A stretch of DNA of 7,046 nucleotides, from NCBI GenBank assembly GCA_018985225.1, contig JADGIF010000532.1, positions 1 through 7,046 on the forward strand, read 5' to 3'. The notes beneath the pieces are model-generated. The model was not told where the DNA came from. It did not search any database and saw only the letters and a list, made by a program, of their open reading frames with translations. Positions 1 to 7,046 of the stretch are shown here, one piece after another; within the stretch, counting starts at the first letter, position 1; every line of letters begins with the position of its first letter. Origin of the DNA: Amoeboradix gromovi X-113 (lineage: Eukaryota > Fungi > Sanchytriomycota). Position numbers and translations under genes: made by a program.

Positions 1-173
1 CTTATGGTAAGCAGGGTAGCACTCAGCTTTGGAGTAGAGGTCAAATCTTATGCCAGCATGCTTACTGTGACACGCATCTAGTTAACTATCTCTTCCTTTT
101 GCGATGCACGTTTTAAAAGTGCTTACACAGTTTCTGTGGAAATTTGAAATCAGGGTGACACCAGTTCTCTTCA

Positions 174-1034
174 ATGTCGTTTAAAAGTGGAATATTTTAT
201 TCTACTTATTGTTCAACGGTACCGCACCTACTCTCAAACGAGATTCCTGATCAAACCAAGATTATCTACTTAAACGAGATTATGGATTATGACAAAAACA
301 TACAGCTAAACAAGAAAAATATTGAAAATCATATTTTCTCACTGTATAATCCCGCCATTGCCAACATCTCCAAAACAGCCAGACTTTCTATGAACTCTAA
401 AAATCCTAATACTATTTTGTGTGCCCATAGACAAGGCACTCAAGTTTTTCACGATTACGAATATTATGAATTCATTAAATCCTACCGCATCAAACTTGCA
501 ATTCAGCTATACGATCCGCTTTTATATAAAAGAGACAAGCATTTGCAGTATCTGAAGAAGAGCTTATCACTTGACTGTAGGGTTATTCCTGTTGTGATGG
601 TTTCCGATATTTCTTTTTTAGACACAGTTCTAGAACTGTGTGATGTTTCTGAATTAGATATGATAGTTTTTGATAATGACTTGAATTCCCCGATTGAAAG
701 TTATGCCACAACTCTTATTGATGTTCAGTCCAAAGGAATTGTTCCATATTGTATTCGTGTGAATAATATGAATGACATAAAGTATTGTAAGGAAAATGGC
801 TTAAAATTTGATTCTCACATATGTCAACTGCTGACCCTAGAAAGAAAGATTCTCATAGGTGACGAAGTCAGATATTTGAGTGAAATTGCAAGGAAATCTG
901 GACCTATGGAAGATAAATGCAAGTGCGAAGGCTGCTGTTATTCGAGCTATTATGTGCAGCATCTCGTACGAAATAAGGAGCTTTTGGCGGAGGTATGCAT
1001 AATGCATCACAATTTAATGAAACTAATGCAGTAA
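174..1034 (+). CDS. QTRT2: Queuine tRNA-ribosyltransferase (TGT) family protein, most like accessory subunit QTRT2/QTRTD1; short and divergent
   Basis: 286-aa ORF. It has the C-terminal TGT zinc motif CKCEGC...YSSYYVQHL...ELLAEVCIMHHN. N-terminal TVPHL resembles the G-x-VPHL segment of QTRT2. The catalytic DSGGFQ motif of QTRT1/bacterial Tgt is absent. Confidence 0.75.
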   Translation: MSFKSGIFYSTYCSTVPHLLSNEIPDQTKIIYLNEIMDYDKNIQLNKKNIENHIFSLYNPAIANISKTARLSMNSKNPNTILCAHRQGTQVFHDYEYYEFIKSYRIKLAIQLYDPLLYKRDKHLQYLKKSLSLDCRVIPVVMVSDISFLDTVLELCDVSELDMIVFDNDLNSPIESYATTLIDVQSKGIVPYCIRVNNMNDIKYCKENGLKFDSHICQLLTLERKILIGDEVRYLSEIARKSGPMEDKCKCEGCCYSSYYVQHLVRNKELLAEVCIMHHNLMKLMQ

Positions 1035-1041
1035 ATATTTG

Positions 1042-2526
1042 TTATTTACTTTTTAACGCTGTCAAGCAATAGTAACTACTACTTTTGAACTTCGAATAGG
1101 GAACCCGCAGTACTCTTCCAATTAGCGGTTCGTCTTGAGAGATTGCAACTACACATATGTTATCTCCTATAGATGTGCTGAGTATGTTTAGGGAATAGTC
1201 ACACGAGGATATGTTTGAATATCTGTTCATTTCTTGTTTATTTCCATCATTTACCTGAGTCATTTTAACTGAAGAGGCCTGCCACTTATTCGAAATTGAA
1301 TTGTCCATTGCATTTTGTTGAAATGTATACGGTAACTGCCCTTTGAATTCGCCTTTTATAAAACGGACTTGAGTATCTGTTGGGATATTGAATGATGACG
1401 GATACAAATGCCACTCATCTTTTAAACAAATGGTAGACCCACTAGGTACTGATCGAAAAAGATGAGATATATTGTTACGAGGAAGAAGAGCAGTTAATCT
1501 GAGGACAGAAAATACCACAAAAGCTGAAATTACAAAGAAATACAGAACTCTACTAACCTTCGACTTAACAAACAAAAGCGCATGAGAGGCCTCTAAAGTC
1601 AACAAAGGGTATATGGGGTACAAGAATCTTTCCTCTTTGTGCGGTTGCGAGAAGAATATAAGAAGCCATATTATTACAGAGCAGGATGAAATTATTCGCA
1701 TCGGGTGTCTTGAATAGAACGATAAAAGTACACCGAGGGGCATAAGTAAGCATAGAGGACCCCAATGCAACATCAATACCTTGATATAATACAACAGGGG
1801 CTCGGTTCCATATAGTTCAGGGCCTAAATCACTAAAAATATTGTAGCTCACGATATTCCAAGCGACTAGCACTAGTTTCTGATAAAAATAATAATCAACA
1901 AGAACACTAATAGAAACTGCAAGAAGAGACTGCCATATTCCTGCTATGATATAACTATTCAAATAATGGAATCGATGAAAAAGTAAATCCAAGAATGGCA
2001 TTATCACAAAAATACCACAAAAAGGCCAGCAAAACACAGACATTATAACTATTGTAAATAAACATGACTTTCTGTATCCTTGACAGAGAAGACTATAGCA
2101 AAGGGCCAGCAAATGCATGCAAACGGAAGACGGTAAAAAGGAAGTGCTGGATATGAAAATACCTGGAGAGAACACAAAGATAATAATTAGAATGAATTCT
2201 AAGTCTTTATGAAAAGCGTTTTTGCAAACAGATATAAAGTTGGAAATTGACAGGAAATGAAGGAGCCCTAGCTGTGATCGGAACCTCAAGAAGAATGAAG
2301 AATGATCGCGCACAAAGGGCAAGGATATTAAATAAAAGAACATCATGTAAGTCCAAGATCTAATTGCATACGATGGATCATATTCCCAAGTCATAAAACC
2401 AGTGCCAAAGTGCAGATAGTGAAGTGGTTCCCAGTAATTAAAAGTCTCATCACAATCATTTATAAAGTTCAACTGCGCAGAAAGTAGTGCTGTCAACAGT
2501 AAAATGGATCTTGAAACTAATTTCAT
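1042..2526 (-). CDS. ALG9: Dol-P-Man-dependent alpha-1,2-mannosyltransferase ALG9 (GT22)
   Basis: 494-aa multi-pass membrane ORF with ALG9 signatures INDCDETFNYWEPLHYL, TWEYDPSYAIRSW, FLPSS, GPELYGTEP, QPHKEERFLYPIYP and EWHLYPSSF. Confidence 0.93.
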   Translation of the reverse strand: MKLVSRSILLLTALLSAQLNFINDCDETFNYWEPLHYLHFGTGFMTWEYDPSYAIRSWTYMMFFYLISLPFVRDHSSFFLRFRSQLGLLHFLSISNFISVCKNAFHKDLEFILIIIFVFSPGIFISSTSFLPSSVCMHLLALCYSLLCQGYRKSCLFTIVIMSVFCWPFCGIFVIMPFLDLLFHRFHYLNSYIIAGIWQSLLAVSISVLVDYYFYQKLVLVAWNIVSYNIFSDLGPELYGTEPLLYYIKVLMLHWGPLCLLMPLGVLLSFYSRHPMRIISSCSVIIWLLIFFSQPHKEERFLYPIYPLLTLEASHALLFVKSKVSRVLYFFVISAFVVFSVLRLTALLPRNNISHLFRSVPSGSTICLKDEWHLYPSSFNIPTDTQVRFIKGEFKGQLPYTFQQNAMDNSISNKWQASSVKMTQVNDGNKQEMNRYSNISSCDYSLNILSTSIGDNICVVAISQDEPLIGRVLRVPYSKFKSSSYYCLTALKSK

Positions 2527-2560
2527 GACGTTTTAAAAATAATTGCAATCTTTGACTGTA

Positions 2561-3003
2561 CGCGACGCCTATTCAATTTTGGAAAATACATCATTTGTCA
2601 AGAATTTGTATTTTCATATAATTGCACAACTTTTGTATATTTTTCCAACACTTTAAGTACTCGATACTCTTCATTTTCGCAGTTGCAAATCAAATCTAAA
2701 GAAATAACTAACAGTTGCAGCATACGCTCATCAAAGTTGAGGAACTGGCCCAAGCATGGGACAATTAATGTCGCTTAACGCCTAGAAAGAGATCAACAAT
2801 AAAAAAATATCTCAATTCGTATGCTATTGGTCTTACAACATGTGCAACAATCGATATCTTAATGGAAATCTTCAGATAACCAATTTGGAGAGCTACACTT
2901 GTGCCAATTGTCATTTAGATATAGATAGAAACCATATGCAGCAAGGAACATATACAAGTACATGATCCTTATTCAATCGCGTCTCAGGGTAATGAAAGCA
3001 TGA
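2561..3003 (+). pseudogene. Decayed TnpB/Fanzor (Fanzor2/IS607-like) RNA-guided nuclease, C-terminal part
   Basis: Manual translation of 2831-2935 gives SYNMCNNRYLNGNLQITNLESYTCANCHLDIDRNH. After a 1-nt deletion at about 2936, 2938-3003 reads AARNIYKYMILIQSRLRVMKA*. Together these match the CxxC...CxxC...DRDxNAARNI pattern. Collinear upstream remnants are FVKNLYFHIIAQLL (2594-2635) and KLRNWPKHG (2734-2760). Internal stops occur at 2654 and 2705, plus frameshifts. The 5' boundary is approximate. Confidence 0.72.
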
Positions 3004-3094
3004 CCAATCACTCTAACGGATTTACCAGCATTGCTAGTTTCTCTGTGGAATTCTCGATTTTCTTGAAATTGGGAGTTTTAACAAGGAGTCATGG

Positions 3095-3103
3095 CCCCAT
3101 AAA
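3095..3103 (+). promoter_or_regulatory. Candidate start-proximal CCC motif CCCCATAAA
   Basis: Ends 11 nt before the GALE ATG. An identical 9-mer precedes the CC2D1-like ATG on the minus strand. Confidence 0.4.
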
Positions 3104-3114
3104 ACAAAAGTTGA

Positions 3115-4153
3115 ATGGCTATTCTAGTTACTGGCGGCGCTGGCTATATTGGCTCTCATACTGCTATCGAACTGCTAAATCAAGGATTTGAGGTCATTAT
3201 CATTGACAACCTTTCAAACTCCAGTAAAAAAGCTATATTTGCTATCGAAGAGATCAGCGGAAAACGCGTTAAATTTTATCAATATGATTTACTAAACAAA
3301 AAAGAAGTTACGCAGGTGTTTACAGACAATGCGATTGACGCTGTCGTTCATTTTGGGGGGTTTAAAGCTGTGGGAGAGTCAGTATTTAAGCCGTTGGAAT
3401 ACTACCAGAATAACCTCAATAGTACCATGGTACTTTTGGAAGTAATGCGCCAATTCAATTGTATTAAAATTGTTTTCTCGTCAAGCGCAACAGTCTATGG
3501 AGATCCAACTGATGAATTTATTCCAATTCCTGAACATTGTCCCACGTGGCCTACTAATCCATATGGTATTTCTTATTAATTTAGGACGTACCAAATGGAT
3601 GATCGAGTTCATTTTAAAAGACTTGTCTCATGCTACTGATTTAAACGCCATTGTTTTGCGATACTTTAATCCCGCAGGTGCACATCCAAGCGGTAAAATA
3701 GGAGAAAGTCCCAAAGGTATTCCAAATAATCTTATGCCATTTTTGGCAGAAGTTGCCGTCGGGAAAAGATCTGAATTGAAAGTCTTTGGGAATAATTATC
3801 CTACAAGAGATGGAACTGGAATAAGAGACTACATTCATGTAGTAGACTTAGCGAAGGGCCATTTAGCTGCACTGAAATACTTGAACACTTCTCATACAGT
3901 GAAGTATCATGTGTTTAACTTGGGAACCGGTACCGGATCCTCTGTGCTTGAGATGGTTGCTGCAATGAGCAAGGCTGTTGGAAGAGATCTTCCTTATTCC
4001 ATCACCGAGCCTAGAGCAGGGGACGTTCGAGACTTGACCGCGGTACCAACCAAAGCTAATAAAGAATTGAATTGGAAGACAGAATTTAATACGGAAGATG
4101 CTTGCAGAGATTTATGGAGATGGATTAGCAATAATCCGAACGGATTTGAATAA
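3115..4153 (+). CDS. GALE: UDP-glucose 4-epimerase; join(3115..3565,3585..4153), 339 aa
   Basis: Motifs ILVTGGAGYIGSH, FSSSATVYG, LRYFNPAGAH, PNNLMP and DGTGIRDYIHVVDLA. The two ORF-track frames join into the conserved NPYGRTK (YxxxK) motif when 3566-3584 is removed. The spliced CDS is 451+569=1020 nt. Confidence 0.95.
3566..3584 (+). other. 19-nt spliceosomal intron (phase 1)
   Basis: GTATTTCTTATTAATTTAG has GT...TAG ends and an in-frame TAA. Its removal restores the frame and the catalytic Y-G-R-T-K with no extra or missing residues. Confidence 0.9.
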
Positions 4154-4171
4154 ATATTATTACTATTTTAA

Positions 4172-4485
4172 TTGAAGGGTAAAATCAGAATCAACCTGTA
4201 GCTTAGGTTGGCATTGTTACCTTAGAGAATCTCGTCTGTCTATCTATGATGCTTTGCGACCTGTTATATTCTTACTGATGTATCAATGGATGGCGTCATA
4301 ATGTCATAGCAACCCAAAACCCCAAATTTTACCACCTAAAACTAGGCAGAATAGTTCTAACATTTTATTTCTTTTATGCAATCTTAGCGCACCTTAATTT
4401 GCTGATAATTATTCGATTATTTTACAATTTCTTTAGCAACAGACACAATTTTTGTTTGAAAGTCATTTATATTTGAAGGGTAAAA
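4172..4485. repeat. 13-bp direct repeat TTGAAGGGTAAAA (4172-4184 and 4473-4485) flanking 288 bp
   Basis: Exact match read from the sequence. The two copies sit at opposite edges of the GALE-TAF9 spacer. Confidence 0.7.
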
Positions 4486-4486
4486 C

Positions 4487-5014
4487 ATGCAAACACATCC
4501 AGAGCAAATGCCATTATTGGCAAGAAACATCTCATTGTTGCTGCAATCTCTGAATATAAAATTTGATCAAAACGTTTTGCCATTAACACTAGAGTACGTC
4601 CATAAATGGATCACTACGCTGCTACTCGATGCATATCAAATATCCTCGGATAATAATATAACTGTTGATGACATAAAGCAGACCATCACATCAAGAGTGC
4701 AGTGGGAATTTATACCTGTGCCTTCAAGAACTATGTTTGCCAAGCTTGCTGACCAGCTCAATTCCAAACCGTTGCCTATGGTTAAAGACGTCTCTGGGTT
4801 GAGGTTACCGGATGATAATGACTGCCTTGTTTATTCTTCTTTTAAAACCATTCCTATGCAGCAAATTGAACTCCAAAATCCATACAATCAAATAGACGCA
4901 GATAAAATGGAACTGGATTCAGAGGATGAACTGCAACCTATGCCTGTAGAGATGAAGCAAGCTACTTCTTCTACTAGGTTAGATATTCGTGACGAGGATG
5001 AAGACTATGATTAG
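4487..5014 (+). CDS. TAF9: Transcription initiation factor TFIID subunit 9
   Basis: 175 aa. The histone-fold region is ARNISLLLQS...LEYVHKW...LLDA...TVDDIKQ. It is followed by the TAF9-conserved LADQLNSKPLP...GLRLPDDNDCL and an acidic DEDEDYD tail. Confidence 0.88.
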   Translation: MQTHPEQMPLLARNISLLLQSLNIKFDQNVLPLTLEYVHKWITTLLLDAYQISSDNNITVDDIKQTITSRVQWEFIPVPSRTMFAKLADQLNSKPLPMVKDVSGLRLPDDNDCLVYSSFKTIPMQQIELQNPYNQIDADKMELDSEDELQPMPVEMKQATSSTRLDIRDEDEDYD

Positions 5015-5023
5015 TAAAGTTGT

Positions 5024-6721
5024 TTATTTAAGCATTTCTTTGATCTCATCCATCTCTTGCTGTATCTTTTTTATTTGAACCAAGGCCTCCTTTGCCAAGA
5101 CCAGATTGTTCTCATTTTTTAACGTAATTGCCAGTTTTTTTATTACTTCAAATCTTTTTTTTAGCAAAATTTGATAGCTTTGCATAGACAACTGATTTGA
5201 AGATACTTTGATGCCCAGCATGTTCATTTTAAGTTCAATTTCCTGTCGTTCTTCGGCTTTCTCTGGATCATTGGCCCAAAATTCTAAGTAATGCATAAAT
5301 ACTAAGTTACTAGTCATAAAATCAGGATTAAATAAAATCAAGTAGGGATCTGTCTCATCAGAGCCTACTGGACTATCTATTGTAGCTTTTGAGGAGTTTG
5401 GTGATTCAGTCTGTGCATTTAGCAATGTTTCTACTGGCTTTGTTTGCTCTGCTTTTTTTGCTTTCTCAGCGTTATCGGCAACTATTTTAGCAGGCTGAGG
5501 TGCATGAGCTACTGGAGATGGGACAGCCACAGAGGGTTTAACGACCTTAGAGCTTGGCAAAGTTATAGATTCATCTTCAAAATACCAAACCTCTGATTTT
5601 TTGACTTTTTCCGGACTGTTCAACAACTTAAAAGTTCTTACAGTCAGTTTAATATGTATATTAGTTGGTGTTCTTCCATCTAATACCTGAACTACACTAG
5701 ACCACTCAAATCCAGTCAATGCTTGATTTAGGTTGATTGTTAGTTTACCAATTTTGCTAACTCGGGGCCCTGTGAAATAGTCCAATAATCTAAATGGAGA
5801 CTCTTTATATATCGCTATGTTCATTGGTTTCCTAACTTTAGTACCAACATGGAAATTAAATATTTCATTAAATTCAATTCTTGCATGTATTTTATACTTT
5901 TTAGAACAAGCATTGGATTTTACCACAGATTCGTGAGTGAAGTGCTGAGGCTTATCAGTTGACGCTCCCATATCTACTAAAACAAATATCTCTGAATTAG
6001 CATCATCAGACGGAATTAAAATACCATCTATAGAGGATATTTCAACCTGTACGCAATTTGATGGCACGAATGGGTTATAACTGGGCTCTATCCATTCAAC
6101 CGGAGAAGGTGATGTCTTTACTGGATATTTGTCTAGAGCTGCCTTAGACAACTTGTTTAAGCGATGAAAGTAAATAGCCATTGCTTTGTTGTTTAATTTC
6201 AAAAAGATCTTAGCGTATAAAGAAGATATTTCCACTTGGCGATGCAAGCTTTTGATCACAGATTTATCAATTATAGGCTCAACTGTGATTTGATTTGGTT
6301 TTACGACTATCTTGTCTTTTCTCTCAGATTCAGATTCATTTGCCAATACCAATGGTTCTAGTTCTTTTATCTTTAGTTGGATCAATTTAAATCCCTTCAT
6401 GTACGAAACAGCCATTTCGGTTGCACCAAGTTTCTTCTGTTGTATTGCATTGGCCTTGTACTCCTCCAGTAAAATTGTTAACTCTTCCTTAGATTTGATT
6501 TCTAATGCAATTAGAAGTTCATCTTTCTCGTGTGGAAGCTTATTTTCTATTTCTACTTCCTCTTCAAGGATAAACTCTGAATCCTTTTTGTCATCTTCAA
6601 CGTCTCCACTTAGATCACGTTCTTGTTGAAGCAATTCAAAATCCTTTAACAAATCCTCATCAGGAACCATGTTGTCGTCTATGTCCATATTCAGCAGTTT
6701 TGTTAGGTCATTATCATTCAT
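5024..6721 (-). CDS. Coiled-coil and C2 domain protein, CC2D1A/B (Lgd)-like
   Basis: 565 aa with an acidic N-terminus, a DM14-like repeat (LEEYKANAIQQKKLGATEMAVSYMKGFK) and a beta-rich C2-like region ending DGRTPTNIHIKLTVR. A Pro/Ala linker leads to a helical C-terminus (SNLV...LGIKVSSNQLSMQSY...A..ALVQIKKIQQEM). Confidence 0.72.
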   Translation of the reverse strand: MNDNDLTKLLNMDIDDNMVPDEDLLKDFELLQQERDLSGDVEDDKKDSEFILEEEVEIENKLPHEKDELLIALEIKSKEELTILLEEYKANAIQQKKLGATEMAVSYMKGFKLIQLKIKELEPLVLANESESERKDKIVVKPNQITVEPIIDKSVIKSLHRQVEISSLYAKIFLKLNNKAMAIYFHRLNKLSKAALDKYPVKTSPSPVEWIEPSYNPFVPSNCVQVEISSIDGILIPSDDANSEIFVLVDMGASTDKPQHFTHESVVKSNACSKKYKIHARIEFNEIFNFHVGTKVRKPMNIAIYKESPFRLLDYFTGPRVSKIGKLTINLNQALTGFEWSSVVQVLDGRTPTNIHIKLTVRTFKLLNSPEKVKKSEVWYFEDESITLPSSKVVKPSVAVPSPVAHAPQPAKIVADNAEKAKKAEQTKPVETLLNAQTESPNSSKATIDSPVGSDETDPYLILFNPDFMTSNLVFMHYLEFWANDPEKAEERQEIELKMNMLGIKVSSNQLSMQSYQILLKKRFEVIKKLAITLKNENNLVLAKEALVQIKKIQQEMDEIKEMLK

Positions 6722-6740
6722 ATTCCCTAGTTTTGTAAAA

Positions 6741-6749
6741 TTTATGGGG
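6741..6749 (-). promoter_or_regulatory. Candidate start-proximal CCC motif CCCCATAAA
   Basis: TTTATGGGG on the + strand; ends 19 nt before the minus-strand ATG at 6721. Confidence 0.4.
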
Positions 6750-6868
6750 ATTTAACAAATAGGACGTACTCTATGAAAACGAGACTGGGAGATTGTTTCA
6801 ATAAAATGTTACATTGTTTGAAAAAGTGAAGAGGTTTAGCTTGTAGAAATAAAGTATTGTATAGCAAA

Positions 6869-7046
6869 ATGAACTCGATGTCTATTTTATATTTAGATCA
6901 AAAAACATTAAAGCGAAAACGTCCTCCAGACTTTGTAGAGTCAGATCAAAAACGATTTTGTGATATTAAGATTGTTTCCAATTTTAAAACTATTACAATG
7001 ACTTTAAAACGTGCATTAAGACATAAGAATTCAAAAAATGTAATGG
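6869..7046 (+). CDS. Partial ORF open at the window edge; possible Fanzor1-like N-terminus
   Basis: ATG at 6869 and 59 codons without a stop: MNSMSILYLDQKTLKRKRPPDFVESDQKRFCDIKIVSNFKTITMTLKRALRHKNSKNVM. It is divergent from the CC2D1-like gene. The family assignment rests only on recalled resemblance. Confidence 0.45.
   Translation, partial: MNSMSILYLDQKTLKRKRPPDFVESDQKRFCDIKIVSNFKTITMTLKRALRHKNSKNVM

Noticed and set aside
1-14. Minus-strand TGCTTACCATAAG resembling a U1 snRNA 5' end
   Set aside because: Imperfect match that runs off the window edge and cannot be evaluated.
47-77. Minus-strand ATG followed by a 19-nt GTAAG...AAG candidate intron
   Set aside because: Splicing leads to a TGA two codons later, so no supportable gene results.
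104-117. 14-nt inverted match to 7003-7016 (TTTAAAACGTGCAT), considered as terminal inverted repeat or guide-target pair
   Set aside because: About one such match is expected by chance in 7 kb of AT-rich DNA (rough estimate). It does not extend, and one copy lies inside an ORF.
1565-1765. 66-aa minus-strand ORF
   Set aside because: Alternative frame nested within ALG9.
3000-3191. 63-aa + strand ORF
   Set aside because: Overlaps the GALE start out of frame and has no recognisable motifs.
3470-3584. N-terminal part of the 227-aa ORF as a separate gene, or a programmed frameshift
   Set aside because: Better explained as exon 2 of GALE after a GT-AG intron. A frameshift would leave extra residues inside the YxxxK motif.
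3641-3838. 65-aa minus-strand ORF
   Set aside because: Antisense shadow of GALE.
4381-4454. U4 snRNA-like fragments (ATCTTAGCGCAC, TTTGCTG, Sm-like AATTTTTG)
   Set aside because: Too short, and lacks the 5' kink-turn stem-loop. An Infernal search would be needed.
6312-6629. 105-aa Ser-rich + strand ORF
   Set aside because: Antisense shadow of the Glu/Asp-rich CC2D1-like N-terminus, with no ATG start.
6895-6952. AGATCAAAAA repeated twice
   Set aside because: Short A-rich match encoding DQK twice in one ORF; not an array.

Overview
AT-rich, very gene-dense eukaryotic DNA using the standard genetic code. I infer a compact-genome opisthokont, probably an early-diverging fungus or relative. Five housekeeping genes are present: a QTRT2-like queuine tRNA-ribosyltransferase accessory subunit (+), ALG9 mannosyltransferase (-), UDP-glucose 4-epimerase (+), TAF9 (+) and a CC2D1/Lgd-like DM14+C2 protein (-). 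The epimerase is split by a predicted 19-nt GT-AG intron. Convergent gene pairs are only 7 and 9 nt apart. The longer spacers are not empty. The ALG9-epimerase spacer holds a decayed TnpB/Fanzor RNA-guided nuclease relic (zinc finger plus DR(D>N)xNAARNI motif) followed by a candidate omegaRNA/element end. An ORF running off the right edge resembles a Fanzor1 N-terminus. The epimerase-TAF9 spacer is bracketed by a 13-bp direct repeat. All family calls come from motif recognition by eye; no searches were run.
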